Notes: generated from the letters alone by a model not told the origin. Positions 41,821 through 53,501 are shown, numbered from the stretch's first letter. The stretch is 64,000 nucleotides of DNA from an uncultured Chloroflexia bacterium (GCA_963726245.1 CAVSBT010000017.1:150240-214239), one strand, 5' to 3'. Numbers and translations: made by a program.

Positions 41821-42546
41821 TTGATCTTCCGCTACCTCGATCTCTTGAATGTGAGCCCCTGGCTGTTCATCGTCTTCTTCGGCTCGGTGGTGACGGCGCT
41901 GCTGGTCGGCATCACCTTCCACGAGTTCAGCCATGTCTTGGTGGCCTACAGCCTCGGCGACCCCACGGGGCGTCGCATGGGGCGGCTCTCGCTCAATCCC
42001 AGAGTTCACCTAGACCCGTTCGGCACTTTGCTGCTCTTCATCGGCGGCTTCGGCTGGGGCAAGCCGGCCCCGGTGGACCCGCGCCGCCTCCGCAACGGCG
42101 AGAAGGCGGGCATGGGCGTTGTGGCCGCCGCAGGCCCCATCTCCAACCTGGTCATAGCGGGAATCCTGGCCCTCCCGATCAAGGCGGGCATGGTGCCCTG
42201 GCACACGCCCTTCCTCGTTCCGTCCAGCGTCTCCCGCTGGCAGGTCGACGACTACCTGGGGCTGTTTCTCGGCTCGGTCGTCATCTTCAACGTCATCCTG
42301 GCCGTGTTCAACCTGATCCCTGTGGCGCCCCTCGACGGCTTTAAGGTGGCTGTGGGTATCCTGCCCCCGGATGCGTCCGCCTCCTTCCGGCAGCTCGAGC
42401 AATATGGGCCCGGCATCCTGCTGATCCTGCTGGCCCTGCCCTTCCTTACCGGGGGCTCCATCAGCATTCTCTTCCAGGTCATGTCGCCGGCCGTGAACGG
42501 CCTGACGCACCTGTTGACAGGGGTGAATGGCAATGTCCTGGGCTAG
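41821..42546 (+). CDS. Site-2 protease (M50 family)
   Basis: HEFSH, GWGKP, AGPISN, NLIPVAPLDG. Confidence 0.92.
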   Translation: MIFRYLDLLNVSPWLFIVFFGSVVTALLVGITFHEFSHVLVAYSLGDPTGRRMGRLSLNPRVHLDPFGTLLLFIGGFGWGKPAPVDPRRLRNGEKAGMGVVAAAGPISNLVIAGILALPIKAGMVPWHTPFLVPSSVSRWQVDDYLGLFLGSVVIFNVILAVFNLIPVAPLDGFKVAVGILPPDASASFRQLEQYGPGILLILLALPFLTGGSISILFQVMSPAVNGLTHLLTGVNGNVLG

Positions 42547-43037
42547 GGCCGCCTATCGCTCTCGCCAGTTCTTTGGCGCTCTCCGCGTGCGCCTGCAGGA
42601 GGAGGAGCGCGCCGAAGTGGCGGCGCACCTGACGCCGGCCGAGCAGCGCCTCTTCTACTCGCATGGACCCCCGCGACCAGCGGCATGGCCTCGACGTCTT
42701 CCGCATCCTGGAGTCTGGCGGGCACCGAGACGCATCGCTTCTGGCGGCGGCTCTCCTGCACGATGCGGGCAAAGGGCGCATCAGGGTCTGGCACCGAGTG
42801 GCCTTCGTCTTGCTCAGGGCCGTGTCGCCGCGGCTGTTGCGCCGGCTGGCCTCCGGCGACGGCCCCGGCTGGCGGGGCGCCCTGGCCCGGAGCCTGGACC
42901 ACGCCGAGCGCGGCGCTGCCCTGGCGGAGGCGGCGGGCTCGACGGCGGAGACGGTGCGACTCATTCGCCTGCACAGGTCGGCGGCGGGCGAGGATGCCGC
43001 CCTGGCTCTCTTGCAGGCAGCCGACGAGTCGAGCTGA
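42527..43037 (+). CDS. HD-domain protein (frameshift near 42661)
   Basis: YRSRQF, DQRHG, AALLHDAGK, HAERGA. Confidence 0.8.
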
Positions 43038-43048
43038 GGAGGCAGTTG

Positions 43049-44092
43049 GTGGAGGACGTTCGCCCGACTGGGCGGATCGCGATCATTGGCCTGGGGCTGA
43101 TCGGCGGGTCGCTGGGGCTGGCGATCAAAGGCGCCCACCTCGACAATCTGGAGGTCGTGGGCTACGGCAGACGGCCAGGCGTCCGTGTCAAGGCCCAGCG
43201 CCTGGGCGCCATCGACCGGGCGGCCGAAGATGTCCGCTCCGCCGTCGAGGATGCCGCCCTCGTCATCATCGCGACCCCCATCCTGGCGATCCGCGAGGTG
43301 ATGGAGGAGGTGGCGCCCGTCCTGCCGGAAGGCTGCGTCGTAACGGACACCGGCAGCACAAAGGCCGAGGTGTTGCGCTGGGCCGGCGAGATCCTGCCGG
43401 GGCACGTCGATTTCGTCGGTGGCCATCCGATGGCCGGCAAGGAGCAGTCCGGCATCGAGGCCGCCGATGCCCACCTCTTCGCCGGCGCGCCCTACTGCCT
43501 GGTGCCGCACGTGAACGCCTCCGAGCGGGCCATCAACGCCGTCCTCGGCCTCGTGGGCATGGTGGGGGCGCAACCCGTCTTCGTCGACGCCGGGGAGCAT
43601 GACAGCTACGTGGCGGCGGTGAGCCACCTGCCCCTGGTTCTGTCCGTGGCCCTCTTCTCGCTGGCCCACGACAGCCAGGCCTGGCCCGAGATGGCGGAGC
43701 TGGCGGCCGGCGGCTTTCGCGACCTGACGCGCCTGGCCTCCGGCGACCCCAACATGAGCCACGACATCTTCGTCACCAACCGCGAGCACGTCCTCCACTG
43801 GCTGGAGCGGATGATCGGCGAGCTCTCGCGCTACCGGGAGCTCATTCGGGACAAGGACGAGGAGCTGTTCAAGGCTCTGGCGAGGACCCAGCTAGACCGC
43901 GACACCTTCCTCACCAAGCCGCCGGAGCGCCGGCCGCCGGTCGAGCAGCCCGACATGCTCAGCGCGGGAGAGCGCATGGCCTCCTTCCTGGTCGGCGAGC
44001 AGTGGGTGCGGCGCGCCAGGGACATGGGCCGCGCCCTGGAGGATCGGGGCAAGGAGCGCGAGCAAGAGGGACGGAGGCGGCGCCGGCCGTAG
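43049..44092 (+). CDS. tyrA: Prephenate dehydrogenase
   Basis: GLGLIGGS, DTGSTK, GGHPMAGKE, SHLP, FRDLTRLA. Confidence 0.93.
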   Translation: MEDVRPTGRIAIIGLGLIGGSLGLAIKGAHLDNLEVVGYGRRPGVRVKAQRLGAIDRAAEDVRSAVEDAALVIIATPILAIREVMEEVAPVLPEGCVVTDTGSTKAEVLRWAGEILPGHVDFVGGHPMAGKEQSGIEAADAHLFAGAPYCLVPHVNASERAINAVLGLVGMVGAQPVFVDAGEHDSYVAAVSHLPLVLSVALFSLAHDSQAWPEMAELAAGGFRDLTRLASGDPNMSHDIFVTNREHVLHWLERMIGELSRYRELIRDKDEELFKALARTQLDRDTFLTKPPERRPPVEQPDMLSAGERMASFLVGEQWVRRARDMGRALEDRGKEREQEGRRRRRP

Positions 44093-44099
44093 CGGTGCT

Positions 44100-45455
44100 A
44101 TGGAGCAGTGCGTGCGGTCGCCAGCCAGGCTGCGGGGCACCGTGGTGGTCCCCGGCGACAAGTCGATCTCCCATCGGGCCGCGATTCTCAACGCCCTCGC
44201 CTTGGGCCCGGCGAGAGTGGAGAACTTCCTGCTCGGCGAGGACACCCGCGCCACCCTGGACTGCCTGCGCGCCCTGGGTGTGGACTGGTCGCTGGTCGAG
44301 GCCGAGGGATTCGGGCCGGCCCTGAGCATCCGCGGGCCGGGGCGCCTCGGCCTGCGTGAGGCCGAGGATGTCCTGGACGCCCGCAACTCGGGCACCACCA
44401 TGCGCCTGCTGGCGGGGGTGCTGGCGGCCCACCCGTTCTTCTCGGTCCTCACGGGCGACGGCTCGCTGCGGTCGCGGCCCATGGGCCGTGTCGTGACGCC
44501 GCTGCGCGAGATGGGAGCCCAGGTGTGGGGCCGCGGCGATGGCGCCTACCCGCCCCTCGCGATCCGCGGCGGCGAGCTCCGGGGCATCCGCTACCGCATG
44601 CCGGAGGCGAGCGCACAGGTGAAGTCGGCACTGCTGCTGGCGGGCCTCTTCGCCCAGGGCGAGACGGCCGTCGAGGAGCCGGCCCCGACGCGCGATCACA
44701 CGGAGCGCATGCTGCGGGCCATGGGCGCTCGAATCTCCGGGGAGGGCGGCCTGGTGCGCATCGAGCCCCTGGAGGGGGAGCTCTCGCCCCTCGACCTACG
44801 GGTGCCCGGCGACATCAGCGCCGCCGCCTTCTGGATGGTGGCGGCCGCCCTTCACCCGGACGCCGAAGTTCACTTGCCCGGCGTCGGCGTCAACCCCACC
44901 CGCTCCGGCATCATCGACGTCCTGCGTGCCATGGGCGCGGACGTGGAGGTGACGGAGGAGCGCGAGCAGGGAGGCGAGCCGGTGGCCGAAGTCACGGTGC
45001 GCTCCAGCCGCCTGTCGCCCGTGGAGGTGGGCGGCGACCTGGTCCCCCGCCTCATCGACGAGATACCGGTGCTGGCCGTGGCGGCGGCCCTCACGCCGGG
45101 CCGCACCGTCGTCCGGGACGCCGCTGAGCTGCGGGTCAAGGAGTCCGACCGTATCGCCACTACCTGCCGGGAGCTGGTGCGACTGGGCGCGCGCATCGAA
45201 GAGCTACCCGACGGCCTGGCGATCGACGGCGTGCGGTGCCTGACGGGGGCGCGCTGCGAGAGCCACGGCGACCACCGGCTGGCCATGGCTTTGGGCGTGG
45301 CGGGGCTGCTCGCCCAGGGCGAGACGGTTATCGAAGGGGCAGGGGCCGCCGAGGTCTCTTACCCCGACTTCTGGAGTGACTTAGCCTGGCTCGCCTCCGG
45401 CGGGGGCAAGCAGGTCAAGCGGATAAGAGCAGAGGGAGGAAAACATGGGCACTGA
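44100..45455 (+). CDS. aroA: 3-phosphoshikimate 1-carboxyvinyltransferase
   Basis: PGDKSISHR, NSGTT, SAQVKS, RDHTE, KESDR, DHRLAM. Confidence 0.97.
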   Translation: MEQCVRSPARLRGTVVVPGDKSISHRAAILNALALGPARVENFLLGEDTRATLDCLRALGVDWSLVEAEGFGPALSIRGPGRLGLREAEDVLDARNSGTTMRLLAGVLAAHPFFSVLTGDGSLRSRPMGRVVTPLREMGAQVWGRGDGAYPPLAIRGGELRGIRYRMPEASAQVKSALLLAGLFAQGETAVEEPAPTRDHTERMLRAMGARISGEGGLVRIEPLEGELSPLDLRVPGDISAAAFWMVAAALHPDAEVHLPGVGVNPTRSGIIDVLRAMGADVEVTEEREQGGEPVAEVTVRSSRLSPVEVGGDLVPRLIDEIPVLAVAAALTPGRTVVRDAAELRVKESDRIATTCRELVRLGARIEELPDGLAIDGVRCLTGARCESHGDHRLAMALGVAGLLAQGETVIEGAGAAEVSYPDFWSDLAWLASGGGKQVKRIRAEGGKHGH

Positions 45456-45720
45456 GCTGATCCACGTCGGATTCGGGAATCACCTGGCCGTCAACCACGT
45501 TGTCGGCATCGCATCGCCGGGGTCCGCCCCTGTCAAGCGGCTCGTGCAGGAAGGGCGGAAGAGGAACCTGACCATCGACATGACCAGCGGCCGGCGAACG
45601 AAGGCGGTGGTCTTCATGGAGAACGGCAGCGTTGTGCTGGCGGCTATCACGCCGGAGACCATCGCCGGGCGGGTGAACAGCGCCCGCACCGGCAAGCTCG
45701 ATGAGGGAGAGGGTGCGTAG
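45445..45720 (+). CDS. remA: RemA/DUF370 family protein
   Basis: VGFGN, SAPVKR, IDMTSGRRTKAV; conserved position before gmk. Confidence 0.9.
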   Translation: MGTELIHVGFGNHLAVNHVVGIASPGSAPVKRLVQEGRKRNLTIDMTSGRRTKAVVFMENGSVVLAAITPETIAGRVNSARTGKLDEGEGA

Positions 45721-46339
45721 AGCGAAGGACGGGCCTCGTCCCCGGCCGCCTCCCCTTCTCCTTGTCCTCTCCGGGCCTTCCGGGGTGGGCAAGGATGTGG
45801 TGCTTGCGTCCCTGGCCGAGAGGGGTCTGCCCTTCCACCGCGTGCCCACCGTCACCACCCGTCAGCGGCGGCCCGGGGAGCGGGACGGCGTCGACTACCG
45901 CTTTCTCAACGACGAGGAGTATGATCGCCTGCTGGCCGGCGGCGGCCTCCTGGAGCACGCCGAGGTCTACGGCCTTCGCTATGGGGTGCCTGCGGCGCCC
46001 GTGCGGGAGGCCCTCGCGCGCGGCGAGGACGTGGTCGTGCGGGTGGACGTGCAGGGTGCCGCCACGCTCCGTCGCATGTTGCCGGAGGCCGTGCTCGTCT
46101 TCCTGGCGCCTGCCTCCCTGGAGGAGCTGGAGGAGCGCCTGCGCCGCCGCCACACAGAAGACGAGGCCGTCATGCGCCGTCGCCTGGAGACGGCCCGCCG
46201 GGAGATGGAGCAGCAGCGTCTGTTCCACCACGTGGTCGTGAACGCCGACGGCCATCTCGAGGAGGCGGTCGAGCGTCTGGCAGCCATCATTGAGGACGAG
46301 AGGCGGCGCCCTGGGCGCCGGGCGCCCGTCATTCCCTGA
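45713..46339 (+). CDS. gmk: Guanylate kinase
   Basis: SGPSGVGK, TTR..RPGERDGVDY, DVQGA. Confidence 0.95.
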   Translation: MRRAKDGPRPRPPPLLLVLSGPSGVGKDVVLASLAERGLPFHRVPTVTTRQRRPGERDGVDYRFLNDEEYDRLLAGGGLLEHAEVYGLRYGVPAAPVREALARGEDVVVRVDVQGAATLRRMLPEAVLVFLAPASLEELEERLRRRHTEDEAVMRRRLETARREMEQQRLFHHVVVNADGHLEEAVERLAAIIEDERRRPGRRAPVIP

Positions 46340-46365
46340 GAGGGGCGCCGCTCCCTTCTTCGATC

Positions 46366-46437
46366 GTCATTCTGAGGCGCAGCGAAGAATCTGAGACCCT
46401 TCGCTTCCCAGACGGGCTCACGGGCTCTGAGGGTGAC
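46366..46437. repeat. GTCATTCTGAG...GAAGAATCT palindromic element
   Basis: Shares GTCATTCTGAG, CGAAGAATCT, GAGACCCTTCGCTT and GGGTGAC with 49994-50063. Confidence 0.7.
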
Positions 46438-46460
46438 ACCCCGGCAAGGAGGTTCTGCCC

Positions 46461-47569
46461 ATGAACGGCAAAGCGGCCGTCTTCCTCGGCCCGGGCAAGG
46501 GCTACCAGATCGAGGAGCTACCCGTCCCCGATCCGGAGCCAGAGGGCATCGTCATCAAGGTGAGCATGGCCGGCATCTGCGGCTCCGACCTCCACATCTG
46601 GCGCGGCGACTCGCCTGTCTTCGCCTCATGGTCAACCAGGTGGCGGGCCACGAGATGACGGGGCGGGTCTACAAGCTGGGCGCCAACATCAGCACTGACT
46701 CCCTCGGCCGCCCTCTCAAGGAGGGGGACCGCGTCTGCTACTCCTACTTCTACCCCTGCAACCGCTGCTACCAGTGCAACAAGGGCGAGTTCGCCGCCTG
46801 CCCCGCCAAGATCATCCGCATGTTGCCCGGCATCAGCCGCTTCTCCGGGGCCTACGCCGAGTACTACTACCTGAAGCCGGGCGGCTGGGTGTTCAAGGTC
46901 CCTGACGAGCTCTCCGATGAGGTGGTGGCCTCCGTCAACTGCGCCCTCTCCCAGGTCACCTACGGTCTCTCGGTGGCCGGCCTCAAGCTCGGTGATACGC
47001 TGGTGGTGCAGGGCCTGGGAGGCCTCGGCCTCAACGCCTGCGCCGTCGCCAAGGAGATGGGCGCCGAGTGCGTCATCGCCATCGACGGTATCCCGGCGCG
47101 CTTGGAGGCCGCCAAGCAGTTCGGGGCGGACATCGTCGTTGACATAAGAGAGCACACGACGCCGGATGCGCGTGTGCTGCATGTGCTCGGCCTCACGGGC
47201 CAGAGGGGCGCCGACGTGGTGGCGGAGCTGGTTGGGATTCCGGAGGCCTTCTCAGAGGGTGTGCAGATGGTGCGCAGCGGGGGCGCGCTGCTGGAGATGG
47301 GCAACATCAGCCTCGGCAACGCGGCACCCTTCGACCCCTCACAGATCGTGTCAGGCAACCGCCGCATCTACGGCGTCGCCACGTATGACCCCTGGGTCAT
47401 CCCGGAGGCGCTCGACTTCCTGGTGAGGACCCGCGACAAGTATCCATTCGACAAGATCATGTCCCACAAGTACCGGCTGGACGACATCAACAGGGCCTTC
47501 GAAGAGGCGGAGTGGAAGGCGGCGGGCGCCGAGAAGTCCAAGATCACCCGCGCCTTCATCGTGCCGTGA
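46461..47569 (+). CDS. Zinc-binding alcohol dehydrogenase (frameshift near 46625)
   Basis: GICGSDLH, GHE, CNRCYQC...C, GLGGLG. Confidence 0.9.
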
Positions 47570-47614
47570 GGGGACCGCAGAGGCCTCCGAGGCGCTGACC
47601 CGAGGAAGCGGGAG

Positions 47615-48385
47615 ATGCCTGAAGTCACCATAGCCCAACTCAACCTGTTCAACCGGCTGGGACGCTGGGGCGAGCGGGCGCCCCTGGTCGTCGAGCAGAT
47701 AGCGGAGGCGGCGCCAGACATCGTCAGTCTGCAAGAGGTCGACCTGCTCATCGATCAGGGCCACTGGCTCGCCGACCGCTTGAACGTCTGGCTGGGGCCT
47801 CCCCATTACACCGCGTACCATCAGAACAAGTCCGGTCGTGAGGCCGCCGTGCAGGCCATCGCCGTCCTCACCCGCCTGCCGGTCCTGGAGCACGAGGGGT
47901 TGGACTACCTGAGTATGGACCGGGTGGCCCAGCGTTTGTTGCTGGACCTGGGAGAGGGCGTGCGCCTGGACTTCTACAACACCCACCTTCACTATCCGCC
48001 GGATGCGGCCGGGGAGCGCATAAGACGACAGGAGGCCGGGCGCCTCTTGCGCTGGATGTCCGGGCGCCGGACCGTGCCGCAGGTCGTGGCGGGCGACTTC
48101 AATGCCGTGCCCGGCAGCCCCACGATAGCACTCATGAAGCGGCGCCTCCTTTCCGCCCACGAGACGGTCCACGGCCGGGAGCCGGACTACACCTGGCCCA
48201 CGCCGCTCCTTGCCGAGCCGCCGGCGCCTCCCGGCATGTTCGACTACATCTTCGTGTCGCGCCGCGGGATACGCGTGCTGGGGGCGCGGGTGGCCTTCAA
48301 CCGTCCTCATGCCGAGGACCCCACTCTGTATCCGTCGGACCACTTCGGGCTGCTGGCCAGGCTGGCTATAGATAGACCGACTTAG
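47615..48385 (+). CDS. Endonuclease/exonuclease/phosphatase family protein
   Basis: SLQEV, NTHL, GDFN, DYIF, SDH. Confidence 0.92.
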   Translation: MPEVTIAQLNLFNRLGRWGERAPLVVEQIAEAAPDIVSLQEVDLLIDQGHWLADRLNVWLGPPHYTAYHQNKSGREAAVQAIAVLTRLPVLEHEGLDYLSMDRVAQRLLLDLGEGVRLDFYNTHLHYPPDAAGERIRRQEAGRLLRWMSGRRTVPQVVAGDFNAVPGSPTIALMKRRLLSAHETVHGREPDYTWPTPLLAEPPAPPGMFDYIFVSRRGIRVLGARVAFNRPHAEDPTLYPSDHFGLLARLAIDRPT

Positions 48386-48822
48386 CTGGAAACGCCGCCG
48401 GCCGACCGCCGGCACTCCCCCATCAGGCTCAGGAGCACGCTGACAAGGGCGCGACGCGCGGCGCCGCCGCTCTCAGAGGCGTAGCGCTCGTCGCTGGCCA
48501 GGAGCTGGTTGAGGGTGGCGTAGTGGAGGGCCACCAGCTCGTGGGGAGAGAGGCCGCTGCGGATGGCCAGGGCGCTGAAGGCGTCCAGCTCGTCGACGGG
48601 AGGGACGGCGGGCTGAGAGAGGAAGGCCTGGGTGAGCCGGTGGTAGGCCTGGCTCAGGGCCTCCCACTGGACGGGGGAAACACCCAGTGCCTCGCCTTCA
48701 GTGGTCAGACATCCCCGCTTTGGACCGAGGCCCCGGCTTGACATAGAGATTGCCCTTCTTGTTCCAGTGTAGGTGGCCGCAGCCGGACCTGGCTGCGGGC
48801 CTTCTCCCCGCTTGTCGGCCAT
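48382..48822 (-). CDS. Stand-alone RsbU N-terminal-like domain protein
   Basis: GLSPHELVALH resembles the RsbU_N motif; start uncertain (48744 or 48822). Confidence 0.5.
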   Translation of the reverse strand: MADKRGEGPQPGPAAATYTGTRRAISMSSRGLGPKRGCLTTEGEALGVSPVQWEALSQAYHRLTQAFLSQPAVPPVDELDAFSALAIRSGLSPHELVALHYATLNQLLASDERYASESGGAARRALVSVLLSLMGECRRSAGGVSS

Positions 48823-49024
48823 GCTTCTACCTAAGCTCTCGATTGCCGTGCCTTACGCTTTGAGAGGGGGTCGACATCAATCGATTTGGGCAGGGGCTAA
48901 CATACCTCCAAGGCCTCTATCCGCCGAGAGCATAGGCCTGGCCGCCATCTTCTCTTTGATTCGCCGGCTGCGCCGAGACTATACTGGTCGAGAGGCCCAC
49001 CGCGTCGGGGCGGGCCCCGCAGCT

Positions 49025-49949
49025 ATGAAGACGGTTCTCCTTCTCGCCAGGCAGACGATTCGAAAGTACAGCGACGACAACTGCTCGCTGCTGGCGGCGG
49101 CCATTTCCTACTACGTCCTGTTCTCGGTGGTGCCGCTGACCATCTTCCTCGCCTCCATATTTGGGTTCGTGATGCGCAACGACAACACCCGCCAGGAGTT
49201 GGTGGACCGCATCGTGCAGGCGACACCCCTGCAGCAGCAAGAGGGCACGAACCTGGTGAGCGACACGGTCAAGGGGGTGAGTCGAGTCAGCCTCCCCCTG
49301 ACCGTGGTGGGGCTGGTGGGCCTGGCCTGGTCGGGCTCTGCCATGTTCGCGGCTATCCGGAGGGGCTTGAACATAGCCTTCGGCGTCGAAGAAGGGGCGG
49401 CCGGTGGTTCAGCAGAAGCTGGTCGACCTGGCGATGCTTTCCGGCCTGGCCCTCGTGCTGTTGATCTCGGTGGCGGGCACCGGCTTCTTACACACGTTAC
49501 GGGCGGGGAGCCTCAACGTCCTGGGTCCCCTATCCAGCGGAAGCTCCCTTTTCTGGGAGGTCGTGCCCTTCCTGGCGCCGGCCGTGTTCTCGTTCCTGCT
49601 CTTCTTGCTTCTCTATCGCTACGTGCCCAGAGTCGGGCTGGGGTTCCGCGACGTCTGGCCGGGGGCCCTGCTGGCGGCTGCGCTCTTCGAGGCGATGAAG
49701 AACGGCTTCGCCCTTTATATCGACAACTTTGGCAGCTACGACCTGGCCTACGGCGCTCTGGGAGGCATCCTCCTCTTCCTCCTCTGGACGTACCTCACCG
49801 CCAACATCCTCCTCCTGGGGGCTGAGATGGCGTCCGAGTACCCGCGGGTGCGGGACGGCCACTATGTCGAAGCCGCGGGGCCCGCTCGCCCGCTGAGGCG
49901 GCAGGCGCTGGAGTTCCTGAAGGGGCTCTTCGTTCACCGGGAGCCGTAG
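49025..49949 (+). CDS. YihY/BrkB family membrane protein (frameshift near 49395)
   Basis: AAAISYYVLFS, LYRYVP, YGALGG, LLGAE. Confidence 0.9.
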
Positions 49950-49993
49950 GCGGGGGCGCCCCAGCCTCGCCGCAAGCCGTAGATCCTGGCCCT

Positions 49994-50138
49994 GTCATTC
50001 TGAGTCCGCCAGGCGGACGAAGAATCTCGCGTCGCCGAGACCCTTCGCTTCGCTCAGGGTGACAGAGCAGCCCAAATCGTAGGCCAGGCTTTCTAGCCTG
50101 GCATAGCGATGAGGCCGGGGCTGGAAAGCCCCGGCTAC
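49994..50138. repeat. GTCATTCTGAG element followed by a REP-like GTAG...CTAC doublet
   Basis: 49994-50063 element; GTAGGCCAGGCTTTCTAGCCTGGC and GCCGGGGCTGGAAAGCCCCGGCTAC. Confidence 0.7.
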
Positions 50139-50152
50139 GGGGTCTTGGACTC

Positions 50153-53100
50153 CTAGACCCGCCGCTGCACGCCCAGCGTGACCTTCTGGCCGTCCAGGGT
50201 GTGGGTCTCGACGTGGGCGCCGGCGGGCGGCTCGCCGTCCACCAACTCCAGCGACAGCGTCTCCTGGCGCACGTAGTCGGCGAAGCGCTGCATGACCCGT
50301 CGCAGGGCATCGTCACCCCGGTAGTAGGTGACAATGCGGTCGGCGATCTCGAAGCCGGCGTTGCGGCGCATCGTCTGCAGGCGGTGCACCACCTCTCGCG
50401 CCAGGCCCTCGTCGACAAGCTCGGGCGTCAGCTCCGTCGCCACGACCACCGTGTAGCCGGACTCCTCGGCCGAGGCGTAGCCCTCGCGGTCGACGCTGCT
50501 CACGAGCACGTCCCCGGCCGTGAGCTCCCAGCCGTCGATGCGCACCGGCGTGCCGGAGGCCACGGCCCGCGCCACCGACGCCGGGTCGGCGCGGCGCAGC
50601 GCCTCCTGGATGGCGCCCACCTGGCCGCCGTAGCGGGGGCCCAGCACCGACAGGTCCGGCTTAACCTGGTAGCTCAGGAACTGCTCCTCGCTCTCGATCA
50701 CCGCAAGCTCCTTCGCGTTCAGCTCGTCCAGGAGCACGGCCTGCGACCGCGATAGGGCCTCCGCCTCGGCGTGGCCTCTGAGCTTGACGTACAGCGTCGA
50801 GAGGGGCTGGCGCACCTTGACGCCCGCCTTGCTGCGGGCGGCCCGGCCCAGGCTGGCGATGCGCATCACCAGGCGCATGTCCTCGCTCAGGCGCTCGTCC
50901 ACCTGCGATAGGTCGGCCTCCGGCCAGAAGGCGAGGTGGACGCTGTCGGGCGCGGCGCTATCGACGGACAGCACCAGGTTCTGGTACATCTCCTCGGCCA
51001 GGAAGGGCGTGAAGGGGGCCAGGAGGTGGCAGAGGGTGACCAGGCAGCGGTAGAGCGTGTCGTAGGCGGCGCGCTTGTCGGCGTCGTCCTCGCTCTTCCA
51101 GAAGCGACGGCGGCTGCGGCGCACGTACCAGTTCGAGAGGTCGTCGACGAACGCCTGGATGGCGCGGCCGGCCTCGGTGGGACGGTAGCCCTCCAGATCC
51201 TGTGTCACGCGTTCGACCAGCCGGTGGAGCTCCGAGAGCGCCCAGCGGTCCAGTTCCGAAGGTTCGGCCTGCGCCGGCCTCCTCCGGCTGGTAGCGGTCG
51301 ATGACGGCGTAGGTGACGAAGAAGGAGTAGGTGTTCCAGAGGGTGAGCAGGAATCGGCGCAGGGCCTCGCCCACCAGCTCCCGCGAGAAGCGGCGGGTGT
51401 TGCCCGGCGGTGAGGCCGTGTACAGGTACCAGCGTAGGGCGTCGGCGCCGTGGTCCTGGATGACGGGCCACGGCTGCACCTGGTTGCCCAGCGACTTGCT
51501 CATCTTGCGCCCCTGGTCATCCTGGATGTGGCCCAGGCAGATGACGTTCTTGAAGGCGATGCCCTCCGGCACCGCACCCACCGAGTGGAGGACGGCGGCC
51601 TCCGCGTGGAGGGTGTAGAACCAGCCGCGGGTCTGGTCCACGGCCTCACAGATGAAGTCGGCGGGGAAGAAGGTCTGGAAGGTCTCCTGGTTCTCGAAGG
51701 GGTAGTGCCACTGGGCGTAAGGCATCGCCCCGGAATCGAACCAGGCGTCAGCCACCTCAGGCAGACGGCGCATGGTGCCGCCGCAGGGCTGCCCGTCCGC
51801 CGGGCTGGCCTGGCAGCGGAGGAGCACCGCGTCAACGTAGGGGCGGTGCAGGTCGCTGAGGGCGTCTACCTGGGCCGGGTCGACGGCCCGCTCCCGCAGC
51901 TCGGCCACGCTGCCGATGCAGTCCACCTGGCCGCAGCTCTCGCAGCGCCAGAAGGGCAGGGGCGTGCCCCAGTAGCGCTCCCGCGAGAGCGCCCAGTCCA
52001 CGTTGTGGGCCAGCCAGTCGCCGTAGCGCCCGTACTTGATGTGCTCCGGGTACCAGTTGATCCGGTCGTTGCCGGAGACAAGGAGCTCCTTGACGGCCGT
52101 GGTGCGGATGTACCAGGAAGGCTTGGCGTAGTAGAGGAGGGGCGTGTCGCAGCGCCAGCAGAAGGGGTAGGTGTGACGGATGGTGCCGCTGCGATAGAGG
52201 AGGCCGCGCCCTTGGAGGTCCTCCAGCACCAGCGGGTCGGCGTCCTTGACGAACAGCCCGTCGAAGGGCGTGCCCGTGGCCAGCATCTGGCCGCGCAGGT
52301 CCACCGGCTGCAGATAGAGCAGGCTCTCCTGCTTGCCGATCTCGAAGTCGTCGGCGCCGAAGGCGGGCGCGATGTGCACCACGCCCGTGCCGTCGGCCAT
52401 GGAGACGAAGGGGGCGGCGATGACCGGTCGACGCACGCTGCCGGCCTCGTCGGCGGGCAAGGGCGCCAGGCGCCCCTCCTGGAAGCGCATGGCGGCGACA
52501 CCCCACTGCGCCGGCTCGTACAGCGGCTCGTAGGTGAGGCCGACAAGCACCCAGCCCGGGAACTCCGCCAGCACCTGCTTCTTGCCTCGCAGTGACTCCT
52601 TGAGCAGGGACGCGGCGAGGATGAAGCGCTCCTTGCCCCTCTCGCCGGTCACCTCCGCCAGGGAGTAGGGCTCGTCGGGCGCTACGGCCAGGGCGGTGTT
52701 GCCGGGCAGCGTCCAGGGCGTCGTCGTCCAGGCGAGGATGTAGGTGGGCACGCCATCGGCGAGGCGGAGGACGGGGTCGGTCTTCTCTTCCGTCCTGATG
52801 CGGAACTTGATGTAGATCGAGGGGTCGGGCGTGTCCTCCTTGTAGCCCTGGGCCACCTCGGCGTCGGAAAGGGTGGTGCCGCAGCGCGGGCAGTGGGGCG
52901 CCGAGCGGTAGTCCTGGAAGATGAGGCCTCCATCCCAGAGGCGCTTGATGATCCACCAGCCGGTCTCGATGTAGCTGTTGTCGAACGTCTGATAGGGGCG
53001 CTCGGTGTCCACCCAGAAGCCGATGCGCTCCGTCAGCGCCTCCCACTCGCGCACGTAGCGGACGACGCTCTCACGGCAGCGGCGGTTGAACTCCTCCACC

Positions 53101-53435
53101 CCAAAGCGCTCGATGTCGGGTTTGCTCTTGAGGCCCAGCTCCCGCTCCACCTCCAGCTCCACGGGCAGGCCGTGGGTGTCCCAGCCCGCCTTGCGGGGGA
53201 CGCGGTAGCCGCGCATGGTCCGGAAGCGGGGGATTACGTCCTTGAAGACGCGGGAGAGGACGTGGTGGACGCCGGGGTTAGCGTTGGCCGTGGGCGGCCC
53301 CTCGTAGAAGACGAAGAGGCGGTCCGCCGGGCGCTCCTCGATGCTGCGCCGGAAGACGTCGCGCTCCCGCCAGAGGGCGAGGATGCGCTCCTCCATCTCC
53401 GGGAAGTTGACCTTGCTGAGGACCGGTTCGAACAT
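50153..53435 (-). CDS. ileS: Isoleucine--tRNA ligase, type 2-like (frameshift near 51265)
   Basis: EGPPTAN, GWDTHGLPVE, WTTTPWTLP, SRERYWGTP, DQTRGWF, KMSKS, long C-terminal domain; Ile T-box upstream. Confidence 0.96.
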
Positions 53436-53501
53436 GGGCAGCCACCTACTCAAAAAGGGATAGGCCGAGCCGGATGTGCGCCGCAACGCACGGGCGCTTA
53501 C

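Noticed and set aside
42527-44092. 521-aa N-terminally extended TyrA
   Set aside because: The extension comes from a frameshifted upstream HD-domain gene.
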